Assembly: GCF_036321535.1 (NCBI RefSeq)
Contig: NC_087447.1
Span: 50,718,001 to 50,782,000, forward strand
From: Camelus dromedarius
Lineage: Eukaryota
Reading direction: 5' to 3'
Length of the DNA: 64,000 bases
Each line of letters begins with the position of its first letter. Within the stretch, counting starts at the first letter, position 1. A program made the position numbers and the translations under genes. Below the pieces are notes generated by a model. It did not search any database. It was not told where the DNA came from and saw only the letters and a program-made list of their open reading frames with translations. Below are positions 1 through 14,052 of this stretch, in pieces.

Positions 1-1238
1 TAAAGGAATAAATCTGCTCTTGTTGTAATGAGGGTAGCAACTTCCTCTAGGAATAAGAAGTTCTGTAGCCAAATTATAAAATTACATAAAATTTGTTAGA
101 TCAGCACTACCTTAAATGAGAATATAGAGATGTATAAGAACAGTTCTTGCTGCCAAAAAAGATTATTGCCTTGGAGGGGACAGAAACAAATTAATAAATG
201 CCATAAAGTTTATACATGGACAGTCAGGGTAGAAGGGAGGATGAGTGGCAGATTCTGCATTTAGAGAAGGAATCAGAAAAGGCTTCAAGAAAGCACTATC
301 GTTGGAGCTGAATCTTGAAAAATGAGGATTTCTGAACAAAATAAAAAGCATAAAACTAGCATATTTGGGGTAGCACTATGCTTTCTGGAGCCTAGGATGA
401 GAAAGAGACAAGAGAAGAGGAATAGGCCAACTAGCAAGGCAGGAGCAAGATCATGGAAAGCTTTGAAATTTGGATTTTGTCTTTAAGTGATGGGAGTCAT
501 TTCAGGGTTATGATTTAAATTTTGATTCCTCTCTACCATGTCATTTTAAAGGTGTACTCTTGTCAGACAATAAATGCGTGCAATAAGTAGGCATTGAACT
601 TAATCACCCATGTGACATCGGCGCCTAAAACTAGGGTTTATGTAACTAGGAATACATCTAGGTGAGTGAGTTAGAGGTTTTCGGAAGCAGAAGAAAGGAT
701 AAGAAATTTGTTGTGAATGTTTATTAGCACCTATTATGTGCTAGACAGTTGCACATATTTTAGCTTATTATTGCTTACTGTTATTCCCATTCTCCAGATA
801 AGGAAAAATGAGTAGGAAGTCAGTGGCAGAGTTTGAAATTTAACTCTTGTCACCAAGTCCAGCATTCTTGCTACTGTAGAGTAGAGCAGATGTGCTGCAG
901 CGATTATCAGCATAACCTCCTCAGCCCTCATGAGTGTCTGTGCTTCTCTGGCCCTCCTTGATGTTGATACAGAGGCCAAGAGGCTAGAATAATCCCTAAC
1001 AGCTTTAAAACATTTAGTTTACCATGATAAAGCTAGCACCGGAGCAGTGCCACATGTAGGTATTAGCCCCTTCGTGGTATGCCACCTAATCTGATTGGTT
1101 TTATGTGGCTTGAGTCAGATCTAAGAAGCAAGACTAGGGAAGCAGAAGAGATTTGAGATTTGCAGAGTAGTTGGAATAGGTTTTCTTTCCCCTTCATAAT
1201 GCATTTCATTCACATATGTTTTTGTTAATATTTTTCAG

Positions 1239-1274
1239 GTTTACCTTAAGGTAAAGGAGCCTATATTCCATCAG
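1239..1274 (+). CDS. ACER3: Alkaline ceramidase 3, internal coding exon (36 nt; VYLKVKEPIFHQ)
   Basis: tttttcag|GTT...CAG|gtaatt. The translation matches ACER3 as I recall it and joins in phase with the next exon. Earlier exons lie upstream of the window. Confidence 0.93.
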
Positions 1275-4200
1275 GTAATTTTTAAAAATTATTACACATT
1301 GGATTATTTAACCTGCCTTCTATTTTCCTTTTCTAGTAAATTATATGCATATACAACTTCTGAAAATGAAATGTTAAATGTTTTAGGGAGTAACAGTGTT
1401 TAAAACAGGGATTGCAAATTCAAGTTCCTACAGGAGCCAGATGTAGGTGACAGGAATATACCAAGAACAACCAGTGCCCAGGCCCAGCTGGCTGTTGGTA
1501 GACAGTCATTCAGGTGCAGCACTGCTCTCATAAGCAGAAAAAAAAACAGGAAGCATTAGGCACATGCACATATAAACATTATTTTTATGACATTATTTTC
1601 TAGGAAAGATAGGGGGAAAATATTCTAGGAATTTTCAGTCTAATATACATTTTAGTTAGTTTTTTTCAAGTAGGAGGTTATTTCCATCAAGGGAAACAAA
1701 CATAGGAAACTTTAATGTAAGAAATGATTTAAGTGCATCCTAGAGTGAAACCAGAGTGAAATAAAGTGTCAAACCCTAAATAAAGAGAGCTATTGTTTGT
1801 TGAGAGCTATGATGTGCCTGTCATTCTGCTCATTACTGCATTGACTCTAATCTCCCCAGTAGTCCTACAAATTAGGGATTATTGTCTACATTTTAAGGGA
1901 AATGAGCTCAGAAATATTAGGTAATTTGCCCAGGGTTACACAGTTATTAAGGGACAGAGCCAGGATTGTAACTAGATTTGTTTGACTCTTGTCAGTATTC
2001 TTTTAACAAACTAGCAAACAAACAAAAATAAGTAAGTATGCAGGTGTACATTTCAGGAAGATTAGAAGCCTTCTACTTTTAGAATATTTTGTGCTTATAA
2101 AGAAAAAAAAAGTTGCTGTAACTTTTAAAACTTATAGTAGACAATAATCATCTGAAATCTGTTTTTTGAAATAAATTCCAGATCCATATAATTGTGCCTT
2201 GCTGTTTCACAGGTCAGCTGAGTAGGTGTACTAATGTAGATATTATGGGGGAGGACATTCTCACTTTCCTGTTTATTATAGCTTGAAATGGTTTCATTAT
2301 GTAGTTACCCCTTTATTAGAAAGATTTGTTGACACAGTGTAAAAAAATGAAGTAAGTTTATTTATGTGGAAAATACTTCAGTTTTTATAAATTTCTTGTT
2401 TGCCTTTATAAGAAAGAAAAATCATAACCACAAAAAAGAAAACTTGGAAATTTGAGTTACTTTTTCTAAGTTTATGACCATCAATTTTCCATTTTGTGTT
2501 TTAGACCCATTTGATACTATGGTTATATAATAGAAGTAACAAACTACTCATAACTTCCCATGCTGCAATTCTCATGTTTTTCCAGTCATAAATATCTTCT
2601 TCTCTGTATATAGGGAAGATGCACAGATACCTGTATATGCTGATAGGAAGGGACGCAGTTGAAAATTTATAGTTATGGCTTATATCCTAGGACTTAGATA
2701 TCAGGATAGGGAAGTGAAGAGGTAGGGGAATGCTAAGTTGAAGTAGATAAGCAATCTGAAAGTAGGACATTCATTCATTCAACAGATGTTTACTGTGTAC
2801 TTTCTCAGTACCAAATTCTGAGCTGGAAGTTGGAAATGAAAAGGCAGAAGAGCAAAGACTTTTGAGATCTAAAGTCAGACAGACCTGAATTCAAACTAGT
2901 CTCTCCACTTAACTTACTGTATACTCTGGATAAGTTACTTCTTTGAGCTTTGGTTTCCTCATTATTCAACAGATACTTTCTAAGTGCCTTCAATATGCCA
3001 GGTGCTGTACTTGGCTCAGAAGATATTCTAGTGAATGAAATAATGAAGTCCCTGCTCTTATAGCGCTCAACAGACTGCATCTCTAAAGTTGGTATAGTAA
3101 TCTTCTAAAGTTATCTGAGTATTAAATGAAAAAATGCATATAAAACTTTAGCACATATTAGACACTCAGTAAATGTTAACTAATCTTAATATACAAAGGC
3201 ACATAAGACATGGCTGCTGGTCTCAAGGAACTCACTGGTCAGGAAGATTGACTTACAAAACAATGTTTGCAGTGTATATGTTTTGTAATAGATACGTAAA
3301 AGCTGTGCTAATGAAGACGAGCAGTCTTTCTGCTTACGTGACTCAAAATAAGACTACAAAATACATCTATTGTGTATAGCTGAATTATTACTTACTCTAG
3401 TATTGAAAAACAAGGAAAGTTGCCCACTATTTTGATACAATAGTATTTCTCTCTACTTTGTAAAGCTTTTTTGAAGAGGCCTTTACCTCAAATGTCTAAT
3501 CTAGAATATCCTATGCTGATCTGTTAAGTAATTAGAATTACTCAGTTCTATTTATATTTATGCCTTGAAAAAAAAAAAGTACCCCTAATTATTTTCTGGG
3601 TATCATTCTTAAGAGAACTGCTTTTTTCTGAGAATCTTCTAATTATCAAAGCTTGGAGTATTGCTTTCATTCTTTCATATAACTCTTGGTATTCTTATGC
3701 CCAGAAACTTAGAAAATTGTTTTGGAATTTATGATAAGAATTACAATAACTTTCTAAGTATAATGGGAAAGGAAGGAAAAGCAATGTAATCTAACCTAAA
3801 GGAGCTCTGGCTTGAGACTGGAATCTAAATTTCTTACCACTTTGATTTCTTGAAGCTTGGAATCTCAATTTCTTGCCACTTTCTTATCAATAGAATAATT
3901 TCTTGCTGTACCTATTAATCAATTTCTTCATCTGTAAAATGTTCAAAACAAGGAAAGATATTATTTCACAAGGATAATGTAAAAATAAGAGGATGCAAAG
4001 CACAAGGCAATAAACATAATAGTACAGTGTGGTACTAAAAGTACATATTAAGATGTAGGACGACGTGCATAAATTTCTGCCTATGATGATCATGGAAAGC
4101 CTCCAAAAGGAGATATTTGAGTTGGGCCTAGAGAGATAAGTAGTGATAGCACAATTAAAAATATCTGTCACAACAAGGATGATTGTCTTGCAAATCAGAT

Positions 4201-6604
4201 TAGCTTCCTGAGGGGGAATATAGTGATAACAGTTCTACTTGACTGTATTAAATCCACAGTGATCCAAACATCTCCCAAAGAGAACCAAATGCTATTTGTT
4301 TAACTTGATGGCCTTGCAACAAGGATAATACTCAAATCGCATAGCTGCCACATTCGATATCTTAAGGAGGAGAAATAGAAGAAAAGCGTACACGAGGACA
4401 GATTAAAACAACGTTTAAGAAGATAGTGAACCCTCTTAAAGCAACTAATTGACAAATCAGTAATTGAATATCACAGATGAGATCTCATCTAATGTCTCAA
4501 AGAATACTGTTGCTTAAAATCTTGCCAAAGTAGATGTCTTCTAAAAATTGTTTCTAGATACAACATACTGGTGTTTCGTTACTGTACAACATATCGGTAT
4601 TTCATTACTGCCCCTTCCATTTTTTTTCTAATTTGACCCTCAAGGTTTGCAAGAAAGAACACACTATGTAAACAATTTGAAAAACAGGAACTTAAGCAGG
4701 CTTATTTAAATTTTATTCTATTCTGTTTCTTTGTGCCATTTTATTACAAATTAGGTTTGTAAGGAAACTATTACGTAAGTACACTTGGAAAAGAAGCTGA
4801 CATTTTTTAGTATTTACTATGTGCTGAGTATTGTATATTCTTTCATACAGTTTATATAAATTGACTCACTCATTATCTTACTAAAATATCAACAAACCTA
4901 TTTAGGAATTATCTTCATTTTTTAGGTGAGATAACTGAGAGTCATAAAGGTTAAGTAATTTGCCCAGTGTTTCTCAACTAGTTAGTTACTGAAATTGATC
5001 CCAGGTCTTTTTTATTCCAAAGCCCCCATATTCCTTTTATAATATGGTATGCCACTATTACAGATACTTTGGAATCTAATATATCAGAAAGATCTATTTT
5101 TAAAAGGAGTGAAAACTGCTATTTAGATTTTAGTACAGTAATGAATTTAGAAAAAAAATGTGAAGACTGACTGTAAACTTACGTATAGCTATGCTTTCTT
5201 TTAAGTAAACTTGAATTCAGTTATCAATGTTAAAAACTTCCCAAAGTCAAATATAAGTGAAGTACTTCGAGGATGATAAAAAAAAAAAAAAGATTAAGTA
5301 ATTTTTATAGAAGGATTTCAGGAGAGCTTCACACAGGAGATGACATTTGAGCAGGATTTGACCATGGAACTTTTATAGAATGTCTCTTAATATCTCTCAG
5401 CACAGTAGCATTTTGGGGGATATTGTTGGGGAAATCCTGTCCTAAATACGAGATAGATCTTGCGGAACATGAGATGAGAAAGAAGACTGGAACTAAATTG
5501 TGAATCACTGGTTGTCAGGCTAACGTTTGGATCTTACGCTTTTGCCATTGACAGAAGCATAACATTATAAGATCTATTTCAGATAATTCTGGCAGTTTTA
5601 TGTAGGTTGGATCAGAAGGCTATATTTTATGGGCAGATTTTAAACCAATTCTGAATATCTATAAGAACTGTTTTTACCAGTAGGCCACATTGCCTTAGGA
5701 GATACGTTTTATAGTTATAAAGTAATATCTATATTTAGCTTATTACAGTTTAAATTATCATTTAATTATGTAGGAAGCACCAACCTTTTAGCCTTATTGT
5801 GAGAATAACTTAACTCCCAAAATAAAATGCCTCTTACATCCCTACTTTGACTGTAATTATAGAAATAAACCATAGTCATCTAGTTCAACCTCTTCATTTT
5901 ACAAATGGGAGTCCAAGACCAAGATAGCTGAGGTGACTTGTTCAAGATTATATAGTAAGGCAGTAATCAGGTGGTAGAAAAATCTAGGTCTCCCAATTAC
6001 GGCCCTTGACTTTTTCTGTTAGAGATTCTCTCTACTATGGGCAGTTGATTGTCATATAATGAGTAAATCCATTATAAACTGCAAATGCCTAAATCCCATT
6101 ACCTATCACCATGATAGGTTCCCAATTACTAGGGCTTTATCACAAATCCCTACCTCATCCTCACCCTGATAAACTGTTTTTGACCACAGGTAAGCTGAGT
6201 GCCTTTCTCCTAGAGAGAAAGACTTGGGCATTTGAAAAGGAAACTAATAACTATTCTAGAGGGTTAGTATGGAATTCTTTATTTATTGTTTAAGTATTTT
6301 TTATTTTTAAACAATATCAAACTTATAGAAACATTGCAAGAACAATACAAAGAACTTTTTCCCCGGAACCACTTGAAAGTATATTGTCAACATGTTGGAG
6401 CGTGATAACTTATGATAGAGTCTACTAGACTTCTCCAATGTAAAGTTATTCTCTGTCCTTTCATTATTAATAAGAACTTTGTAGAAAAATATTCTGTTGC
6501 TTATGAAAATATTTGTAATTATATTTTTAGTTAAATCATTTTTTAATTGAAGTATAGTTTATAATGTATTGATTTCTGATGTACAGCATAGTGATTCAGT
6601 TACA

Positions 6605-6613
6605 TGTGTGTGC

Positions 6614-6648
<35 letters not shown>
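6605..6648. repeat. (TG)n microsatellite in an L1 3' UTR
   Basis: Visible TG run with two interruptions. Confidence 0.9.
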
Positions 6649-6649
<1 letters not shown>

Positions 6650-7520
6650 TCTTTTCATTTTCTTTTTCATTATAGGCTATTACAGATACTGAATATAGTC
6701 CCCTGTACTATGCAGTAGGACCTTGCTGTTTATCTATTTTATATATAGTAGTTAGTATCTACAAATCCCAAACTCCCAATTTATCCTTCCACCAGCCCCT
6801 TTCCCCATTGGTAACGACAAGTTTGTTTTCTATATCTGTGAGTCTGTTTCTGTTTTGTAAATAAATGCAATTGTCTCATTTTTTTTTAGATTCCACATAT
6901 AAGTAATATCATATGGTATTTTTCTTTCTCTTTCTGCCTTATTTCACTTAGAATGACATTCTCCAGGTCCATCCGTGTTGCTGCAAATGGCATTATGTTG
7001 TCCGTTTTTATGGCTGAATAGTATTCCATTGTATAAATATACCACATCTTCTTTATCCAGTCATCTGTGGATGGACATTTAGGTTGCTTCCATGCCTTGG
7101 CTGTTGTAAATAGTGCTGCTATGAACATTGGGATGCATGTATCTTTTCAAATTAAGAGTTTCATCTGGATATATGCCCAGGAGTAGGATTGCTTGATCAT
7201 ATGGTAAGTCTATTTTTAGTTCTTTAAGGACTCTCTATCCTTTTTGCCATAATGGCTGCACCAAACTACATTCCCATTAACAGTGTAGGTAGGCTCCCTG
7301 TTTTCCACACCCTCCCCAGCATTTATCATTTGTGGATTTTTTAATGATGGCCCTTCTGACTGGTGTGAGAGGAGAAATTACAACCAACACCACAGACATA
7401 CAAAAAACTCTAAGAAATTACTATAAACAACTATATGGCAACATATTTAACAACCTAGAAGAAATGGACAAGTTTCTAGAAACACACAGTCCACCAAAAC
7501 TGAATCAAGAAGAAATAGAT

Positions 7521-8219
7521 ATACGCCCAGGAGAGGAATTCCTGGGTCATATGGTAAGTCTATTCCTAGTCTTTTGAGGAATCTCCATACTGTTTTCCAG
7601 AAGGAACCCTACTTCAAAATGACACCTGCAGCCCAGTGTTCATAGCAGCACTATTTACAATAGCCAAGAGATGGAAACAGCCTAAATGTCCATCAACAGT
7701 TGACTGGATAAAGAAGATGTGGTATATTTATACAATGGAATACTATTCAGCCATAAAAACGGACAACATAATGCCATTTGCAGCAACATGGATGCTCCTG
7801 GAGAATATCATTCTAAGTGAAGTAAGCCAGAAAGAGAAAGAAAAATACCATATGAGATTGCTCATATGTGGAATCTAAAAAACAACAAAAACAAACAAAC
7901 AAACAAAACATAAATACAAAACAGAAACAGACTCACAGACATATAATACAAACTTGTGGTTGCCAAGGGGGCAGGGGGTGGGAAGGGATAGATTGGGATT
8001 TCAAAATATGGAATAGATAAACAAGATTATACTGTATAGCACAGGGAAATATATACAAGATCTTATGGTAGCTCACAGAGAAAAAAATGTGACAGTGAAT
8101 ATATATATGTTCATGTATAATTGAAAAATTGGGCTCTACACTAGAATTTGACACAGCATTGTAAAATTATTATAAATCAATAAAAAATGTTAAATTTATT
8201 TATTTATTTATTTTAAAAA
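7521..8219 (+). mobile_element. Younger 5'-truncated, 5'-inverted L1 nested in the L1 above
   Basis: TSD AAGAAGAAATAGATA at 7507-7521 and 8220-8234. Inverted piece about 7521-7600, followed by ORF2 end, 3' UTR, AATAAA and A/T-rich tail. Confidence 0.9.
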
Positions 8220-10479
8220 AAGAAGAAATAGATAATTTGAACAGACTGATCACTAGAGATGAAATAAAATCAGTAATTAAAAAAACTTCCTTTAAACGAA
8301 AGTCCAGGACCAGATGGCAAACATACAAAGAACTTATACCAGTCCTTCTCAAACTCTTCCAAAATATTAAAGAGGAGGTAGCACTTCCAAACTCATTCTG
8401 TGAAGCCACCATTACCCTGATACCAAAACCAGGCAATGACACTATTAAAAAAGAAAATTATAGGCTAATATCTTTGATGAACATAGATGCAAAACTTCTT
8501 TAATATTCACAAACTGAATCCAGCAATATGTAAAAAAGATTATACACTACAATCAAGTTGGAGTCATCCCAAGTTTGGTTCAACATACACAAGTCAATCA
8601 ATATGATATACCACATCAACAAAAGAAAGGGAAAAAAATCACATAATCATCTCAGTAGACACAGAAAAAAAATTGATAAAATTCAACATCCATTCAAGAT
8701 AAAAATTTACCAAAATGGGTATAAAGGGAATATATATCCAAATAATAAAAGCTATTTATGGCAAACCCACAGCTAACATAATACTCTATGGTGAAAAGTT
8801 GAAAGCCCTCCCACCAACATCTGGAACAAGACAAGGATGCCCACTCTCACCACTTCCATTCAGCGTAGTATTGGAAGTCCTAGCCATAGTAATCAGACAA
8901 GAAAAAGAAATAAAAAGTATCCAGATTGAAAAGAAAAGGTAAAATTGTCACTATATGCTGATGACATGAAAGTATATATAGACACCCCTAAAGACTCCAC
9001 ACAAGAACTATGAGAGCTGATAAACTAATTCAGCAAGGTAGCAGGATACAAGATTAACGTACAGAAATCTGTTGCATTTCTTTATACCAACCATGAAATA
9101 CCAGAACAGGAAAGTAAAAAAAAAAAAAAAAAAATCCCTTTTAAAGTCTCATCCAAAAAAATAAAATACTTAGGAATAAATTTGTTAAGTATTAAATTTT
9201 GAATTTATATATTTTTATCTCTGTGGATTCTTATATCCTTATTTTATGCAATGGGTTATGATTCATTAGTATCATTGTTTATTTTGGTGTACAAATTGTC
9301 TCAGATGTGGCCAGTGGAGTGGAGCACTTTCAAACTCATGTCTGTGTCCTTTTGATACGTTTCTATCATTCTTTAAGTACTTCTTACTTTCTGGCACAAG
9401 AAGATGTTCTTGGCTCATCTTGTTCTGTCCCTGTTCCAGACTTGATCTCCATGGACCCTGGTTTCTTTTAGTGGAGAATGGAATTTAGAAACCAGATCCA
9501 AGTGCTAGATAACTGACTACATATGTCTTTCCTCTGTTAGACTGAGTGCTTTGAGGTCAGGAATATTGTGTCTTTTCATCTTTGAACAGTGAATGCCTAG
9601 TCCAGTGGTTGTCACTTAGTTGATGTTCAGTAAGTACTTGGTGGAAAATAAACTGGTCGATTATTTGGAATTTCTCTCCATATTTTGGCTTAATCCAAGG
9701 AATAGACCATAAGGAATGAGTCATGGAGAATATTAACTCTGAAGAAATGCTGAAAGTCAGACTCCCTCATTATCAAAATAATTATTGTATATCTGCAGTT
9801 TCCAGAGTCCCATACTACAACCCCATCCCACTTAATTTGTCCTCTTTTACCTCCCAGTTTCATCTATTTTCAAATCTTTCCACTCAGGCATCTTAATGTC
9901 ATATCATGGAACAAAAAAAATTGTTTTTCTGCTTTTTTCAAAATGCTTTAGTTTTCTTTCTACTAATAAAAATACAACCTGCTTTTTTCCTAGGCTATAG
10001 GATAAATACCAGGTCTCAGTTTACATACAGCATATTTCTAGGATGATTTAGTAGGGAGAAAACACTAATAATAGTTTTATAGTCTTTGGAGCTTTGAGAC
10101 TGAAAAAATTATTAAATACAGAAAGATATGAAAAATTCTTGTAAAAATATTTTTAGCTGAAAATTATAAGGAGCAGGAAAGTATGCATTCTATTATCTTT
10201 TTTATTTTAAAAATGGCTAATGTTAGAATATGCACAGAAAAAAGTTTCAAAAATTATGTGGCAACCTCTAACTTCAAGAAAGTCTGGGAAATCAAGTTTT
10301 ATAGCTGGGTATATTGCCAACCTAGTAAAATCAGTCTTCTATAAAGGTGGAGGAGAGAATAAATACTGAGTGGGCCACTAGCAGGGTCTGCCACAGATTC
10401 CTAGGGGAGAGTCAGAATGTATGGGGTAGAAGTGCTTGTGAAGAGAAGAAAATTAATTTGAAAAAGCCCCATTGTACTT

Positions 10480-11760
10480 CCAGGGTATAGGTTCCTATCC
10501 ATCATTTGATGTGTTTAACATACTCCCTGAACAATCCGTTCCCCTTGACTTCTCTATGCTGATGATTCATAAATCTGTTTCTTTAGCTCAAGTTTTTTTT
10601 CCTAAGGTTTAGACCCAGATATCCAACTCCTGCTGGAGATCTCTACTTGCATACTGTCACCTCAAACTCTAAACAGAACCTGAAATGAAATCAACATTTT
10701 TATCCCCTATCTTTCTTATCTTTCTTTTTATATTTTCTTTAATCCAGTAAATAATTTCACCACAAACCTAACTGCCTAAGTCATAAACCACACCAAAATT
10801 GACTTTCCCAGCTTATAATAACTACCATATCAAATTAATTATCAGTCTAAGCTTTAAATATCTCCCTAATCTATCCATTTCTCTCCTTTATCATTGATAC
10901 TATCATAGTTTAGGACTCATCTCTCACCTAGGTTATTGCAATACCTTGTCATAGGTCTGTATTCCATCAGTCTTTCCTCCCTCTAACTCATTCTCCACCC
11001 AACAAGACAGAGGTCTCTAATACATGAGTGATCATGTTTAACTACTGCTGAAACTTTCATTGGCTTTACATTGTTCTTAAGATAAAGTCCAACTCTTTAA
11101 GGTGACTTGAAAAGCCAGGTTTAACTTCTGCTTACTTTTCTGACTTCATTTTTCCCACTCTTTTCTTCAGCAATATATTCTAGACAGCCTTACTTGCTTC
11201 TAGTCCCCAGAATATAAGCTATGCCAGTTACTCTCTTCTACCTTCTATTAATAATGCTTGTCCTACTAATGCTTCAGTTATGAACATTATATCCTCCATG
11301 ATAGTCTTTTTTTCTTCTGGTTTTGTTGAGATGTAATTGACATACAACACTGTGTAAGTTTAAGATGTACAGCATGACTTGACTTACATACATCATGAAA
11401 TGATTACCACAATAAGTTTAGTGAACATCCATCATCTCCTGTAAATAAAAACTAAAGAAATGGAAGTTTTTTTTTCCTTTTGATGAGAACTCTTGTGATT
11501 TACTCTCTTTACAACTTTCATAAATAACGTACAGCAATGTTAATTGTATTTATCACGTTGTACATTACATCCCTAGTCCACGAAAGTCTTTCTGATCTGC
11601 CTAAGTCTGGATTAGGTAGCCTTCATATGGGCTTACAAAATACTCTGTACAGTCCCTGTCATAGTTAAAATACGACATTTTAATTATCTGGTTATTATCT
11701 CTTCTCACTAGATTGTAATTTCTGTGAGGGCAAGTATGCCTTTCTTCACCATGATAGCAG
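10480..11760 (+). mobile_element. Degraded LINE-2 interrupted by an L1 3' fragment
   Basis: L2-type pyrimidine-rich motifs (ctatgctgatgattc, cactagattgtaa..tctgtgagggca); boundaries approximate. Confidence 0.6.
11310..11576 (-). mobile_element. Short L1 3'-end insertion
   Basis: T-rich tail and L1 3' UTR motif (gagatgtaattgacatacaacactgtg). Diverged TSD TCCAYGAWAGTCTTT at about 11295 and 11577. Confidence 0.7.
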
Positions 11761-12099
11761 CTTGGCTGCAATTATGGATTCAAGCTGGCAATCAGTCTCC
11801 TGTAGTCTTTAATCTAATACTGTGTTTACTTAGCTTTATTGGAAGATTCAAGGTGGAGGATAATAGCAGGTGTAACATTTTCATCTCATCAGGAGATTCA
11901 GAGCTATTCACCTACACAGCTTCTTTTGCCCTCTCATCCGCATAAGTTGTGTACATCTGCCAGGGATGAGCTAAGTGTAGTGGAAGTCACCGTAACATGT
12001 AGAAGCTACAACCCCTTTTCCCTACAATTCTTTTGTTTTTTAATTACCATTCTTTATAATAGATATCTTTTATAATGTTCTTAAGTGCTGACTGACAAG

Positions 12100-12255
12100 G
12101 ATATTAAGCAACCTTCATACACTGCTGGTGGGAGTGTTCAGTGGTATAACCGCTTTGGGAAATAGTTTGTAAAAACTAGTTAAGTTGAATTTATGTGTAT
12201 TCTGTGATCCAGCAGTTTGGCTTCTAGGCATATATCCAGTAGAAATCCCTGAACG

Positions 12256-12301
<46 letters not shown>

Positions 12302-13625
12302 ATTATAAATAGCTAAAACTTAGACACCAATATCCGTCAGCAGTAGTATGGATATATAAAATATGTATATTCAAATAATGGAATATTAGATAACAATGAA
12401 AACCGATACACAGCAGCTCTTATAACAAGTTGCATGAGGCTCACAAACATAATATTGATTAAAAGAAGCTTGACACAAAGATATATTCTAGAGTTCCATT
12501 TATAATGAGGTTCAAAACAGACAAAACTACACTCTAATGTTAGAAGTCAGAATAGTGATAAACCTTAGGGAAGAGAGGGTGTAGGACTTGAGAGAGATAT
12601 GAGAATGATTTATAGTAACCTGCCAAGGTTCAATTTTTTGACCTGCAGAGTCAAAAACTGCAAAGATACTTGTTTTGTGATAATCATCAAACTGTATTTG
12701 TTTTGAGCACTTTATGTATGTGTTATATTTCAATTTTAAAAATTTTAAAGTTATAAAAGGAACAAGTAAATAAGCAAATGACAGACAACTGAATGAAAAA
12801 GTAGGTTTGAACAGTATAGGAGGACATCAAATGGCCAGTGAACATAGTATACAGTGTTGAGCATGTAATCAGGGAAATATATATTAAAAACCACATAGGT
12901 TGACAAAAATTTTGAAGTCTGACTGTATCATGTGTTGCTGAGTATGTGACACAAAAGCAACACTCATACATGTTAGTTGGAGTAAATGTTGGTATAACCA
13001 CTTTCAAAAGCAGTTTTGCATTTTTAGTCATTTTGATAATACATATACCCTCTGACCCAGCAATTACATTCCTAGGTACATACAGTGGAGAAACTTGTGT
13101 ACATGTGTACTAGAATATATGAATGAGAATGTTCATAGCAGTGAAAACTGGAAATAACCCAAAAATGTCCATCAACACAAGAATGGTATTTGTATTCATT
13201 AAATACTATGTAACATCAAAAGTGAATGAGCTATGGCTGCAGACACAACATAACTAAATCTTAAAAGACAAGGCAAAAACAAATGTATGCAATATTATTC
13301 TATTGTAAGTTAAAATTAAAATTCAAAAAACAAATTATTACTAGGAGTGCATATTTAGGGGACCAGTTTAAGTTAGTAAATATGTAAAGAAAAACAAGAA
13401 AGTTTGTATTATAAAAGTCAGAAGAGTAGTTTCCTCTAAGGAGCAGAGGAGAGGGTTGGACTGGGAAGAGACACATGTAGCACTTCTGGGGTGTTAACAG
13501 ATATCCATTTCTTGACCTGAATGGTACTTTCCCAGCTATTGGCTATATAAATATTTGTTAAACTATACATTTATATTCTATGCAGTTTTTCATATTTAAT
13601 ATTTCATACTTTTAAATTAAAAGTT
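12100..13625 (+). mobile_element. Old L1M (L1ME-like) 3' fragments
   Basis: Degenerate ORF2-end and 3' UTR motifs (actgctggtgggagtg, gacccagcaatt, aatgttcatagca). Confidence 0.7.
12257..12299. repeat. (TG)n microsatellite, about 21 units
   Basis: Visible perfect TG run. Confidence 0.95.
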
Positions 13626-14052
13626 AAATTTTCCTACTAGGTTCAATTTTCCAGGCAGTAGTACCTAGCCAGCACTCAGTATTGAAGGAAAAAAGGTTAG
13701 TTGTTAGAGCAAAGTCTAGGAAGATGTGGGAGCATATACAATAAAGAACACTACCTCAGTCAAGAAGAAATGGGCACATCTTTGGAAACTAGGAATGGGA
13801 GAAAGAATGCAGAGAAAATGCATATGAATGCAGAAACACTTAGGAGGGGAATTTGAAAGAGTTCAGATTTATACTGTTATAAAATGGGAAGTAGGTACAT
13901 TTGCTGAAAGTGAAGCTAATGAGAAGGGAAGGATCTCTAGAGAGTATGAGGTAAAACAGCATTTGTTCAGGTTTGGGCAGATATTTAAAATTTCATGTAA
14001 CCATTCAGAATTCAAATTCACATGGGACTTCTGATAGTTTAGCATGACTCTT

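Larger units (their letters stand above)
6534..9180 (-). mobile_element. L1 with 3' end on the minus strand (about 6534-7368) and an inverted ORF2 segment on the plus strand (7369-7520, 8220-9180)
   Basis: ORF track shows the L1 ORF2 C-terminus (MFIAALFT...KWYIYTMEYY) on minus and ORF2 RT pieces ([24 protein letters not shown]) on plus. Confidence 0.9.

Noticed and set aside
3819..3882. About 25-bp imperfect direct repeat with a spacer
   Set aside because: Only two copies inside MIR-like sequence; an ordinary slippage duplication, not an array.
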